From Gammaproteobacteria bacterium (GTDB lineage: Bacteria > Pseudomonadota > Gammaproteobacteria > Eutrophobiales > Eutrophobiaceae): DNA of 64,000 nucleotides. The stretch is from the NCBI GenBank assembly GCA_965116495.1, contig OZ220696.1, forward strand, positions 2,912,001 to 2,976,000, in the 5' to 3' direction. Below the pieces are notes generated by a model, which had not been told where the DNA came from, did no database searches, and was given only the letters and a program-made list of their open reading frames with translations. Below, piece by piece: positions 42,380-52,144 of the stretch (position 1 is the first letter of the stretch; the number at the start of each line of letters is the position of its first letter). The position numbers and the translations under genes were made by a program.

Positions 42380-45097
42380 ATGAGAATTTCACAGAAATTG
42401 GGTTGTATTTTTCTGACAGTCCTGTTCATATCACCAGTGACACTCCCGACCGTCCAGGCCCAGCAATCGGAGGCAGGGGTGATCGAGGAGATCGTCATCA
42501 TCGGCAGCAGGCGCCAGGATGGGCGCTCCCAGGTCGATTCATTAGTGCCGGTGGACGTGTTCGGCGGTGATGACCTGTCTAATATGGGCTCCACCGATAT
42601 GGATGCCATGCTGTCCAACCTGGTCCCGTCCTACAAGGTTGACACACAGGCCATCAACGACGCCGCCACCCTGGTGCGCCCGGCCACCCTGCGGGGGTTG
42701 CCGCCCGATTCCACCTTGGTGCTGGTGAACGGCAAACGCCGCCATAGAGCGGCGGTGATCACCTTCCTGGGCAACGGCGTGGCCGACGGCTCCCAGGGGC
42801 CCGACGTGTCCGTTATCCCTTCCATAGCGATCAAGCGGGTGGAAGTGCTGCGTGACGGCGCCGCCGCCCAGTACGGTTCCGACGCCATCGCCGGGGTGAT
42901 CAACTTTGAACTGAAGGATGACGCCGAAGGCGGTACTGTGGAAGCCCGCTGGGGACAGCACTACGAGGGTGACGGTGACGGTTACAACTTTGCCGGCAAT
43001 ATCGGTCTGCCGCTTACCAGCAGCGGCTTTCTCAACCTCAGCATGGAATACAAGGAGGCCGACCCCACCAGCCGCGCGGTGCAGCGATCGGATGCCCAGG
43101 CCCTTATAGACGCCGGGAACCCGTATATCGAGGACCCCAGCTATGACAGTATTTTCCATCCGACCGCGATGGTCTGGGGCGCGCCTGAATTCGAATACGA
43201 CTACAAGTTCTTCGGCAATGTCGGCATGGACCTCAGCGATAGCTTCGAGGCCTACGGCTACGGCAACTACGCCAAGCGCAAGGTTGAGGGCGGTTTCTAC
43301 TTCCGTAACCCGCACACCCGCGGCGGTGTCTTTGATGGCCCTGTTGTCGCATATGACAGCGCGACGGGCGATGTCGGTGAAGTGTTGGGCCAACAGGACG
43401 GAGAATCAGATGACGATTACGAGAAAAGAATTGAAGCAAGACTTAAAGCAGGGACTGCCATTGATACTGTCAAGGTAGCGGACATAAACGGTAGCGATGT
43501 GGGCGATAGTTGCCCGGCCATTCGCATTATAGATAACGCAGCCAGCACCGAGGATATCGCCGCGGTCGAGGCAGACCCCAACTGCGAATCTTTCATCACC
43601 CGCTTCCCCGGCGGTTTTGTGCCGCGCTTTGGCGGAGTGATGGAAGACTACAGTTTTGCTTTCGGGGTGCGCGGCGAGCTGGGTAATAACTGGCATGTGG
43701 ACGTGAGCGGGGTGTACGGCCGCCATGAGGCCGCGTTTTTCATGCGCCATACGCTGAACACGCATTTGTTGGCCAGGCCGGATATCACGGTGGCCAATAT
43801 CCCCACCGACTACCGCCCGGGTACCTACACGGAGACGGATTACACCATCAACCTGGACGTGTCCAAGCTCGTGGACATACCACTGTTCGCCTCGCCGGTG
43901 AACGTTGCCTTCGGTTTCGAGCACCGCCAGGAGGAGTTCAAGATTACTCAAGGCGGGGAAACTTCCTGGTTTGTGGATCAGAGGCCTGGAGGCCTGGGCG
44001 ATCAGGGATTTGGTCCAGGCTCAAACGGGTTTGTCGGCTTCAGCCCGCAGTATTCTGGCGCCTGGTCGCGCAACAGCTATGCCGGCTATATCGACGTGGA
44101 GGCCGAGGTTACCGACCGCCTCGTAGTGGGCGCCGCGGGACGCTATGAAGATCATAAAAACGTCGGTGATACCTGGGATTTCAAGATCAGCGCACGCGCC
44201 CAGGTTACAGACGCTCTTGCCCTGCGCGGCGCAGTCAGCACAGGTTTCCGGGCGCCGACCGTGGGGCAGACCAATGTTCTGAACGTGACGACGGCGTTTA
44301 CTGATGGCAAATTGGCAGATGAGGGCACATTTCCACCCACTCACCCAGCTTCAGAAGCGCTGGGCGCCGAGCAGTTGACGCCGGAGGAATCCACCAACTT
44401 TACCCTTGGTATGGTGTTCAATGTGGGTGATTTGGACGTGACCATAGACTACTTCAACATAGATGTGAACGATCGCATCGCCCGCAGCAGCATAATACGG
44501 CTGTCGGAAGCGCAGATACAATCGTTGGCAGCTCAGGGTTTTGACGCCAGGAGCTTAGCGGGTGTGCGTTTCTTTACCAATGATTTCGATACCACCACCC
44601 AGGGCATCGACATCGTTGCCACCCTGCCGTTTGAGATGGCCGGCGGAAATTCCAACCTCAGCTTTGCCGGGAATTGGACAGACACAGAAGTCGACAAAAG
44701 GAATAAGGGTGATTTGGAAGTCATCAGCGAAAAGCGGGTTATCCAGCTAGAGGAGAATAATCCGGAATTCCGCTTCACCACCACGCTGAACCACACCCAG
44801 GGGCCCTGGAACCTGCTGCTGCGGGGACGCTTCTATGACGGCTTCGTGGAATTTTCTACAGATGACGGAAGCGCCCGCCTGGATGCCGGCTCACGCTGGT
44901 TGATGGATGCTGAAATCGGGTATTCGCTGAACGACAACATCACGCTGGTGGCCGGCGCCGAGAATTTCGCCGACACCACCCCCACCAACCAGAGGAATAA
45001 CGCGTCGCCCTACGTGTCCGGTATGAAATACGCCGAAACCTCGCCTTACGGCTTTAACGGCGGGTTTTACTACTTCAGGGCGATCTGGGACTTCTAG
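42380..45097 (+). CDS. TonB-dependent outer membrane receptor
   Basis: Signal peptide, TonB box-like IEEIVIIGSR, plug motifs LRGL..D.TLVLVNGKR and RVEVLRDGAAAQYGSDAIAGVINF, C-terminal Phe. Confidence 0.95.
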   Translation: MRISQKLGCIFLTVLFISPVTLPTVQAQQSEAGVIEEIVIIGSRRQDGRSQVDSLVPVDVFGGDDLSNMGSTDMDAMLSNLVPSYKVDTQAINDAATLVRPATLRGLPPDSTLVLVNGKRRHRAAVITFLGNGVADGSQGPDVSVIPSIAIKRVEVLRDGAAAQYGSDAIAGVINFELKDDAEGGTVEARWGQHYEGDGDGYNFAGNIGLPLTSSGFLNLSMEYKEADPTSRAVQRSDAQALIDAGNPYIEDPSYDSIFHPTAMVWGAPEFEYDYKFFGNVGMDLSDSFEAYGYGNYAKRKVEGGFYFRNPHTRGGVFDGPVVAYDSATGDVGEVLGQQDGESDDDYEKRIEARLKAGTAIDTVKVADINGSDVGDSCPAIRIIDNAASTEDIAAVEADPNCESFITRFPGGFVPRFGGVMEDYSFAFGVRGELGNNWHVDVSGVYGRHEAAFFMRHTLNTHLLARPDITVANIPTDYRPGTYTETDYTINLDVSKLVDIPLFASPVNVAFGFEHRQEEFKITQGGETSWFVDQRPGGLGDQGFGPGSNGFVGFSPQYSGAWSRNSYAGYIDVEAEVTDRLVVGAAGRYEDHKNVGDTWDFKISARAQVTDALALRGAVSTGFRAPTVGQTNVLNVTTAFTDGKLADEGTFPPTHPASEALGAEQLTPEESTNFTLGMVFNVGDLDVTIDYFNIDVNDRIARSSIIRLSEAQIQSLAAQGFDARSLAGVRFFTNDFDTTTQGIDIVATLPFEMAGGNSNLSFAGNWTDTEVDKRNKGDLEVISEKRVIQLEENNPEFRFTTTLNHTQGPWNLLLRGRFYDGFVEFSTDDGSARLDAGSRWLMDAEIGYSLNDNITLVAGAENFADTTPTNQRNNASPYVSGMKYAETSPYGFNGGFYYFRAIWDF

Positions 45098-45127
45098 CGG
45101 TTCGGATTATCATACTGCTGAAACAAT

Positions 45128-45151
45128 GGGGACGGATTTAAATCTGTCCCC
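45128..45151. repeat. GGGGACGG palindrome between convergent TBDR and yaaA (possible terminator role)
   Basis: GGGGACGGATTTAAATCTGTCCCC, 23/24 identical to 46477-46500. Confidence 0.8.
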
Positions 45152-45161
45152 TTGCTGTTGA

Positions 45162-45935
45162 CTACTTGCCGGGCCGGGTGAACACCGGCCTGTCATCCCC
45201 TGACAGGTCTGCGTTATAGCGGTAGCCTTCCAGGTCGAAACCTTCCAGCTCCTCCGGGTCCTCCACGCGGTTGCGGATAATATAGCGGCTCATCAGGCCG
45301 CGCGCCTTTTTGGCTGTAAACGAGATAAATTTATAATCTCCGTTACGTTCTTCCTTGAACACCGGGGTGATGATGCGCGCATCAAGCTGTTCCGGCTGCA
45401 TGGATTTAAAGTATTCGTTGGACGCCAGGTTGACCAGCACGGGGTTGTCCTGTCCGGCCAGTTCCCTGTTGATGGCCGCATTGATCCGGCCGTCCCAGAA
45501 GGCATACAGGTCATCTCCGCGGCGGTTTTTCAGTTTCGTGCCCATTTCCAGCCGGTAGGGTTGCATGAGGTCGAGCGGTTTCAATACACCGTACAGGCCC
45601 GACAGGATACGCAGGTGTTCCTGGGCATATTGCAACTCTTCCGCGTTCAGGTTGTCCGCATCCAGCCCGGTATACACGTCACCCTTGAACGCCAGGACGG
45701 ACTGCTTGGCGTTGCCTGCGCTGAACGGCAAAGACCAGGCGTGGTAACGATTCGAATTCAGTTCAGCCAGCTTCGGGCTGATGCCCATCAATTCGCCCAG
45801 CCTGTGGGGTTCGAATTCCCGCAGTTCGTCGATCAGCTCCGCCGAATCATCCAGGAAGTCCGGGATGGTGAATGCCGGAACCTTGGGCGGGGTCTCAAAA
45901 TCCAGCGTTTTGGCTGGGGAAATGACAATCAGCAT
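45162..45935 (-). CDS. yaaA: Peroxide stress protein YaaA (UPF0246)
   Basis: ISPAKTLD, FKGDVY.GL, LSGLYG.L.PLD...PYRLEMG, NLASNEY, AKKARG. Confidence 0.95.
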   Translation of the reverse strand: MLIVISPAKTLDFETPPKVPAFTIPDFLDDSAELIDELREFEPHRLGELMGISPKLAELNSNRYHAWSLPFSAGNAKQSVLAFKGDVYTGLDADNLNAEELQYAQEHLRILSGLYGVLKPLDLMQPYRLEMGTKLKNRRGDDLYAFWDGRINAAINRELAGQDNPVLVNLASNEYFKSMQPEQLDARIITPVFKEERNGDYKFISFTAKKARGLMSRYIIRNRVEDPEELEGFDLEGYRYNADLSGDDRPVFTRPGK

Positions 45936-45957
45936 GATGCCGGGACGGGTAGCAGAA

Positions 45958-46125
45958 TTATTTGATCTTGCCTTCTTTGTAGATCACGTGTTTGCGTACC
46001 ACGGGGTCGTATTTCATAATTTCCATTTTGTCCGGGGTATTGCGTTTGTTTTTTGTGGTGGTATAAAAATGTCCGGTGCCGGCGGATGAAACCAGACGAA
46101 TTTTATCGCGTGCACTATTAGCCAT
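45958..46125 (-). CDS. rpmG: 50S ribosomal protein L33 (Cys-free form)
   Basis: Manual translation [55 protein letters not shown] (55 aa, below ORF track cutoff). Confidence 0.96.
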   Translation of the reverse strand: MANSARDKIRLVSSAGTGHFYTTTKNKRNTPDKMEIMKYDPVVRKHVIYKEGKIK

Positions 46126-46134
46126 GGTGTTCTC

Positions 46135-46371
46135 CTATACTTTGATGCCGCGGGCGCGTACGTCGGCCAGCACCTGGTCGATACCCAGTTTGTCAATGGT
46201 GCGCAGTCCATTGCTGCTGACGCGCAGCTTTACCCAGCGGTTTTCGCTTTCCACCCAGAACCTGCGCTCGTGCAGGTTGGGCAGGAAGCGCCGCTTGGAT
46301 TTATTATTGGCATGGGAAACGTTGTTTCCAGACATGGGTTTTTTTCCGGTTACCTGACAGACCCGTGACAT
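46135..46371 (-). CDS. rpmB: 50S ribosomal protein L28
   Basis: [29 protein letters not shown]. Confidence 0.97.
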   Translation of the reverse strand: MSRVCQVTGKKPMSGNNVSHANNKSKRRFLPNLHERRFWVESENRWVKLRVSSNGLRTIDKLGIDQVLADVRARGIKV

Positions 46372-46476
46372 GGTAATGCTCTCTTAACTGTACAAAGGGA
46401 GGCAGATTATACACTGATCCGGTATTTGTTGACAACACACACCTCACCTCCTTGTCCTGGTTCCCTCCAGGGGAAA

Positions 46477-46500
46477 GGGGACGGATTTAAATCCGTCCCC
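46477..46500. repeat. Perfect GGGGACGG palindrome between radC and rpmB
   Basis: GGGGACGGATTTAAATCCGTCCCC. Confidence 0.8.
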
Positions 46501-46558
46501 GGTCATGCTGCTGCTCCCATAGTATTACAGCAACACCCGATAACCGGGTATTTATTGA

Positions 46559-47233
46559 TTACATCAAACCCCGTTCGGCCATGGACGTCACTACCTTGTC
46601 GCCCACCACCAGGTGGTCCAGCACGCGCACGTCCAGCAGGGCCAGGGCCTGGGACAGCTTCAGGGTGATCTGCCGGTCGGCCTGGCTGGGTTCGGCGATG
46701 CCCGAAGGGTGGTTGTGGGCAAAGATGATGGCCGCGGCATTCAGTTCCAGGCAGCGTTTGACCACCTCGCGCGGGTAGACGCTGGCGCCGTCAATGGTGC
46801 CGGTAAACAGGATTTCGCTGTTGATGATGCGGTGCCGGTTGTCCAGGAACAGACAGGCGAACACCTCGTGCGGGAAGCGGCATAACCAGGCCTTGACGTA
46901 CGTCTTGGTCTTGTCCGGGTTGCTTAATACGGGTTTTGAGCGTACCTCTGCCTCCAGGTAACGGCGGCCCAGTTCCAGGGCGGCCTGTAACAGCACCCAC
47001 TTGGCTTCACCCAGCCCCTTGGTCCTGAGCAGGGTCTTACGGCTCTGTTCCAGCAACGGCCGCAGCCCCTGGGCCTTGACCAGCATGTTCCTGGCCATGT
47101 CCACGGCGCTGTGGCCGCTGTAACCCGAGCCCAGGAAGATGGCTACCAGTTCCGCATCGGACAGGCTGTGCGGGCCGTTGTTCAGCAGCTTGAAACGGGG
47201 TTGCTCGGTTTGCGGCCAGTGGCGAATTGCCAT
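46559..47233 (-). CDS. radC: RadC/UPF0758 JAB domain protein
   Basis: SLSDAELVAI, E.F.CLFLD, GTID...VYPREV, HNHPSG..EPS.AD, LDH.VVG. Confidence 0.94.
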   Translation of the reverse strand: MAIRHWPQTEQPRFKLLNNGPHSLSDAELVAIFLGSGYSGHSAVDMARNMLVKAQGLRPLLEQSRKTLLRTKGLGEAKWVLLQAALELGRRYLEAEVRSKPVLSNPDKTKTYVKAWLCRFPHEVFACLFLDNRHRIINSEILFTGTIDGASVYPREVVKRCLELNAAAIIFAHNHPSGIAEPSQADRQITLKLSQALALLDVRVLDHLVVGDKVVTSMAERGLM

Positions 47234-47443
47234 GGTGAACCTCCTTGTTCGGCGTGTATGGGTAAGATGTCAGCCAAGCATACAGGAGAATAATTATAAC
47301 GACAACAGCAAAAGAACCCCGGGGAAATCCTGTCCCCGTTGAGGTTGCCGGGAAGGTAGATCGCCGGGCAGGAAATTCAGCCCGGCAGGCATGAACCCGC
47401 ATGCAAAAATGCGCTCATCCCCGATATGGGCTAAAATGATTTC

Positions 47444-48685
47444 ATGCAAGCGCTTGCCAACAAACATATCCTGCTCGGCATAAGCGGGGGTATCGCCGCG
47501 TACAAAAGTGCGGAGTTGACCCGGCGCCTGCGTGATCAGGGCGCTACGGTGCGGGTGGTTATGACCCCGGCGGCGACCGAATTCATTACGCCCCTGACCC
47601 TGCAGGCCCTGTCGGGCAATCCCGTCCACACTGATTTATTGGACCATGGGGCCGAAGCCGCCATGGGGCACATTGAACTGGCGCGCTGGGCCGACATGAT
47701 CGTCATCGCGCCGGCTAGCGCGAACTTTATTGCCCGCCTGGGTAACGGGCTGGCTGACGACCTGTTATCGACCGTGTGCCTGGCGACAACGGCGCCGCTG
47801 CTGGTTGCGCCGGCAATGAACCGGCAGATGTGGCAGAACCCCGCCACGCAAGAGAACATCACCCGTTTGCAGGACAGGGGAATTACCCTGCTTGGCCCTG
47901 CCAGCGGCGCCCAGGCTTGTGGGGAGACGGGTCCCGGCCGCCTGCTTGATCCGGATGAGCTCGTACCGGCCATTATCGCCGCGGGCAGGACAAATGCGCT
48001 TACCGGCGTCAGCGTGATGGTCAGCGCCGGGCCGACCCGCGAGTTTATCGATCCGGTCCGTTATCTCAGCAACCGCAGTTCGGGGAAAATGGGCTATGCC
48101 GTTGCCCGGGCCGCCGAAGAGGCCGGTGCCGCAGTCATCCTGGTCTCAGGCCCCGTTGTGTTGACACCGCCTGCGGGTGTCCGGGTGATCGAAGTGGTTT
48201 CGGCCGCCCAGATGCACGACTCAATCCTGGAAGAAGCAACGTCCTGTGACATTTTTATATCAGCCGCCGCCGTAGCGGATTATCGCAGTCGTGAGACGGC
48301 GCTGCAGAAAATGAAAAAACAGGACGCCGGAATACTGCTGCGCCTGGAGCAAACGCCGGATATCCTGTCCGAAGTAGCCGCGCTTGCCGGTGCGCCGTTT
48401 ACCGTTGGGTTTGCTGCGGAAACGGAACATCTCGCTGACAATGCAAAACAGAAACTGGCGAATAAAAACCTGGACATGATTGCGGCAAACCGGGTAGGCG
48501 ACGGACTTGGGTTTGACAGTGACGAAAATGCCCTGGATATTTACTGGCCGGGCGGCTCACGGTCGCTGGCGACGGCATCGAAGGAGAAATTGGCCAGGCA
48601 GTTGATGGAAATAATCGTTGTGTGTTACCGGGAAAAGTCCCAGGAACAACCACAAAAGCCCATCCTGAAAGACGTTTCGGGCTGA
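47444..48685 (+). CDS. coaBC: Bifunctional phosphopantothenoylcysteine decarboxylase/synthase
   Basis: GGIAAYK, HIELARWAD, PAMN..MW, SAGPTRE.IDPVRY.SNRSSGKMG, AAVADY, GFAAET. Confidence 0.97.
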   Translation: MQALANKHILLGISGGIAAYKSAELTRRLRDQGATVRVVMTPAATEFITPLTLQALSGNPVHTDLLDHGAEAAMGHIELARWADMIVIAPASANFIARLGNGLADDLLSTVCLATTAPLLVAPAMNRQMWQNPATQENITRLQDRGITLLGPASGAQACGETGPGRLLDPDELVPAIIAAGRTNALTGVSVMVSAGPTREFIDPVRYLSNRSSGKMGYAVARAAEEAGAAVILVSGPVVLTPPAGVRVIEVVSAAQMHDSILEEATSCDIFISAAAVADYRSRETALQKMKKQDAGILLRLEQTPDILSEVAALAGAPFTVGFAAETEHLADNAKQKLANKNLDMIAANRVGDGLGFDSDENALDIYWPGGSRSLATASKEKLARQLMEIIVVCYREKSQEQPQKPILKDVSG

Positions 48686-48690
48686 TCTAC

Positions 48691-50085
48691 ATGACCCAAC
48701 CCGCTGTTCCCCCTTCCATTTTCCGCGCCTATGACATACGCGGCGTGGTGGGGCGGACGTTGACCGCGGACATCGCCCACCGTATCGGACTTGGCATCAG
48801 CGCGGAAGCCCGGGACAGGGGAGAACAGACGCTCATCATCGGACGTGACGGAAGGGACTCGAGCCCGGAACTGGCTGGCGCCCTGGTTGCGGGACTGCGC
48901 GAGAGTGGGCGGGATGTCGTGGATATCGGCCTGGTTCCTACGCCGCTGTTGTATTTTGCCACGCACTGGCTGCAGGCGCGCAGCGGAGTGATGGTGACGG
49001 GCAGCCATAATGGCCCGGAATATAACGGCGTGAAACTGATCATTGGCGGACAGACCCTGTTCGGGGACGCGCTGCAGGCGATCTACCGGCGTATTGTTGC
49101 GGAAGATTTTACCCGCGGCAAAGGCGGGCTGTCATCGGCAGATGTCCGGGCCGATTATATCGCGAGAGTAACCGGCGACATTTCACCTGTGGCGAACGGC
49201 GCGGGGTTGAAGGTCGTCATTGATTGCGGCAACGGGGTGGCAGGCGATGTCGCCCCGCAACTGTTTCGCGCTCTGGGCCATCATGTGGAGGAAATGTATT
49301 GCGACGTCGATGGGGCATTTCCCAACCATCATCCCGATCCCAGTCAGCCGGAAAACATGGAGGCGCTGGTCACCCGAGTAAAACAGCAGCGGGCCGATAT
49401 CGGGCTTGCCTTTGACGGTGACGGTGACCGGCTTGGCGTTGTCGACAGTGCCGGGCATATTATCTGGCCTGACCGTCAATTGATGGTGCTGGCGAAGGAC
49501 GTGCTGTCACGTAACCGGGGCGCCAGCATCATCTACGACGTAAAGTGTTCGCGCCACTTGAAAACCGTGGTCGAGTCCAACGGCGGTGTAGCGCTGATGT
49601 GGAAGACCGGTCACTCCCTGATCAAGAGCAAGATGGAGGAAATGCAGGCGCCGCTGGCCGGTGAATTGAGCGGCCACATCTTCTTCAAGGAGCGCTGGTA
49701 CGGTTTTGACGATGCGATTTATGCCGGCGCCCGACTGCTGGAAATAGTGATCCGTAGCGGGATGAGTTCGCAAGACCTGTTTGCTGAAATGCCGGAAGGC
49801 GTCTCCACGCCTGAATTGCGGGTGAAACTGCCGGAGGATTCGCACCAGGCCTACATGCAGAAACTCAAGGACAACGTAAGTTTTCCGGACGCACAGGTCA
49901 TCAATACAGATGGTGTCAGGGTTGAATTTCAGGATGGATGGGGCCTGGTGCGCGCGTCCAATACTTCGCCTGTGCTTACGCTGCGCTTCGAAGCGGACAA
50001 CCAGACAGCCCTGGAACGGGTACAGGAGCGGTTTCGTCACCTGTTACAGGTGACTGCAGATACGGCCCTGCAGTTGCCTTTTTGA
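48691..50085 (+). CDS. algC: Phosphomannomutase/phosphoglucomutase
   Basis: FRAYDIRG, TGSHN, FPNHHPDP, DGDGDR, GELSGH, VRASNT. Confidence 0.93.
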   Translation: MTQPAVPPSIFRAYDIRGVVGRTLTADIAHRIGLGISAEARDRGEQTLIIGRDGRDSSPELAGALVAGLRESGRDVVDIGLVPTPLLYFATHWLQARSGVMVTGSHNGPEYNGVKLIIGGQTLFGDALQAIYRRIVAEDFTRGKGGLSSADVRADYIARVTGDISPVANGAGLKVVIDCGNGVAGDVAPQLFRALGHHVEEMYCDVDGAFPNHHPDPSQPENMEALVTRVKQQRADIGLAFDGDGDRLGVVDSAGHIIWPDRQLMVLAKDVLSRNRGASIIYDVKCSRHLKTVVESNGGVALMWKTGHSLIKSKMEEMQAPLAGELSGHIFFKERWYGFDDAIYAGARLLEIVIRSGMSSQDLFAEMPEGVSTPELRVKLPEDSHQAYMQKLKDNVSFPDAQVINTDGVRVEFQDGWGLVRASNTSPVLTLRFEADNQTALERVQERFRHLLQVTADTALQLPF

Positions 50086-50092
50086 GGACCGA

Positions 50093-50758
50093 TCAGTTCT
50101 CGCGCTGGTGCCGGATTCCCTGATCCAGCCTGTAGTTGAGGATATCCTCGAGAGGCACTGAATAGGCCGGGTCGTCTCGGAGGTATTCGACCAGGTCATC
50201 CAGGGTGATGATGGGAACGACCGGAATACCGTAGTGATGCGCTATCTCGTCAATGGCAGATGCATCCGCGTCATCCCGGCCGCGTTCCTGCCGGTCCAGG
50301 GCGATCACCACGGCAGCAGCCCGGGCGCCGTGGCGTTGTATCAGGTCGACGGAAAAATGGACCGAAGTGCCGGCCGTGATAACGTCATCGATAATCAGGA
50401 CAGAACCGTGCAGGGGCGCCCCTGCAACCGTTCCGCCTTCGCCGTGGTCTTTTTCCTCCTTGCGGTTGAAACAGTAGGGCAATGAACGGCCGCGTTCGCT
50501 CGAATAGGCGATGGCAACCGATGTCACCAGCGGGATGCCTTTATAGGCCGGACCGAACAACATATCGAATTGCAAGCCCGCGTGTTCGATGGCCTGCATG
50601 TAGAACACCCCCAACAGCCTGATACTTGCGCCGTTATTGAATAATCCGCTGTTGAAAAAATACGGACTGCTGCGGCCCGATTTCAGGGTAAAACGGCCGA
50701 ATTGCAGCACCTTGTTACGGATTGCGAAGTCGATAAATGCGGCCTGGTATTCTCTCAC
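50093..50758 (-). CDS. pyrE: Orotate phosphoribosyltransferase
   Basis: FTLKSGRSSPYFFN, FGPAYKGIP, NRKE.KDHGEGG, IDDVITAGT; GTG start. Confidence 0.96.
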   Translation of the reverse strand: MREYQAAFIDFAIRNKVLQFGRFTLKSGRSSPYFFNSGLFNNGASIRLLGVFYMQAIEHAGLQFDMLFGPAYKGIPLVTSVAIAYSSERGRSLPYCFNRKEEKDHGEGGTVAGAPLHGSVLIIDDVITAGTSVHFSVDLIQRHGARAAAVVIALDRQERGRDDADASAIDEIAHHYGIPVVPIITLDDLVEYLRDDPAYSVPLEDILNYRLDQGIRHQREN

Positions 50759-50835
50759 AGGGTTATAGACAGTCTTCCTCGGAAGTTGCAAGATGCGATT
50801 GCTTTTTCAAATATTCCGGTCAGTATACCTCAGCC

Positions 50836-51603
50836 ATGAAGATAATCACATTAAACGCCAACGGGATCCGTTCAGCAGGCAGAAAAGGTTTTTTTGACTG
50901 GATGCTGAAGCAAAATGCAGACGTGGTTTGTTTGCAGGAAATAAAGGCACAAACCGATCAACTGGATGCCCACGTGCTGCAACCGGCCGGGTATTGCGGA
51001 TTTTTCAACAGCGCCGAAAAGAAAGGTTACAGCGGTGTCGCCCTGTATTCCCGCCGGGAACCGGACAAGGTCGCGGACCGGCTGGGCTGGGATATTGCCG
51101 ACCGGGAGGGGCGCTTCCTCCAGGCAGATTATCCCGGGGTCAGTGTCGTCTCTCTCTACCTGCCTTCCGGCACCTCCGGTGAGGAACGGCAGGCGGTCAA
51201 GTACGACTTCATGGCGCGTTTTGAGGCGGTGCTGACGGCGATGCAACGCAAGCGCCGGGAATTTATCATCTGTGGTGACTGGAATATCGCGCACAAGGAA
51301 ATTGATTTGAAAAACTGGCGCAGCAACCGGAAAAATTCCGGGTTTCTGCCGGAGGAGCGGGCCTGGATGGACAAGGTATTCGGTGCGTTTGGCATGGTCG
51401 ACGCATTTCGCGTGGTGAACCGGGAGGCAGAGCAATATACCTGGTGGTCAAACCGCGGCCAGTCCTGGGTGAAAAACGTGGGTTGGCGTATCGATTACCA
51501 GGTGGTGACGCCGGGGTTGGCGGACCGCATCAAGTCAGTATCTATTTACAAACAGCAACGTTTCTCGGACCATGCCCCGCTGACCGTCGAATACGACGTA
51601 TAA
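50836..51603 (+). CDS. xth: Exodeoxyribonuclease III family AP endonuclease
   Basis: NANGIR, CLQEIK, GYSGV, YLPSG, GDWNIAH, WRIDY, SDHAP. Confidence 0.92.
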   Translation: MKIITLNANGIRSAGRKGFFDWMLKQNADVVCLQEIKAQTDQLDAHVLQPAGYCGFFNSAEKKGYSGVALYSRREPDKVADRLGWDIADREGRFLQADYPGVSVVSLYLPSGTSGEERQAVKYDFMARFEAVLTAMQRKRREFIICGDWNIAHKEIDLKNWRSNRKNSGFLPEERAWMDKVFGAFGMVDAFRVVNREAEQYTWWSNRGQSWVKNVGWRIDYQVVTPGLADRIKSVSIYKQQRFSDHAPLTVEYDV

Positions 51604-51637
51604 AAGCCTGTCTGCGGCGCCGGTCGTAACCGGCAGG

Positions 51638-52081
51638 CTATTCGGTAAAAAACTGCTGCTTGAAGGAGAAACTCAAGGCAACGGACTCGCCTTCAGGGGT
51701 AATGCTCAGGTCAAAATCAAGGGTCTCTTCATTGTTCACGGCAGTTTCGGCGATGTAGTAAATGGACCCGTTTCCGCTTAATTCCCGGGTAGTCAGGGTT
51801 TTTAACTGCCGGGTGAGGTTGGTCGCGGTAGCTTCCACCTGCGCCTTGACCGGTTGACCCGTCGTTCCCATGACCTTCCTGAGCACTGAAATATTGAGAA
51901 TGGCCCGGTTTTTACTGCGGCGGATTTTGTAGAGCCGGGCAACCTCGGGCGACAACATATCAGTGGTAAAGGCAACGTAATGGATGGTGTAATCACCAAA
52001 CGTCTTTGATTGTTCGGCGCTGACAGTCATGCTGGCCGCCAATAACAACAATGTGATCAGGGCGGTTGCGATTCGGGGCAT
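51638..52081 (-). CDS. DUF4426-like exported protein
   Basis: Signal peptide, HY.AF....L.PEVAR.Y.I.RS, IYYIA, F.QQF; follows yggT. Confidence 0.8.
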   Translation of the reverse strand: MPRIATALITLLLLAASMTVSAEQSKTFGDYTIHYVAFTTDMLSPEVARLYKIRRSKNRAILNISVLRKVMGTTGQPVKAQVEATATNLTRQLKTLTTRELSGNGSIYYIAETAVNNEETLDFDLSITPEGESVALSFSFKQQFFTE

Positions 52082-52144
52082 CGGTTACTCCTTTCTGCTT
52101 GGGTGTTAAGAATACTATACCAGGGGCAAAACTGGCAACACGGT

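Noticed and set aside
42208-42380. Cobalamin or TPP riboswitch, or Fur box, upstream of the TonB-dependent receptor
   Set aside because: Leader is short and lacks the conserved B12-box, TPP core and GATAATGAT-type motifs.
45808-45820. GGTTCGAATTCCC T-loop-like motif suggesting a tRNA
   Set aside because: Lies inside yaaA coding sequence with no cloverleaf or acceptor stem.
46559-47233. radC as a marker of a mobile or defence island
   Set aside because: Full-length form in the canonical coaBC-radC-rpmBG context.
50836-51603. Calling the pyrE-divergent gene crc
   Set aside because: It is syntenic with Pseudomonas crc but retains the AP endonuclease catalytic motifs (GDWN, SDH), so Xth-like is the better call.
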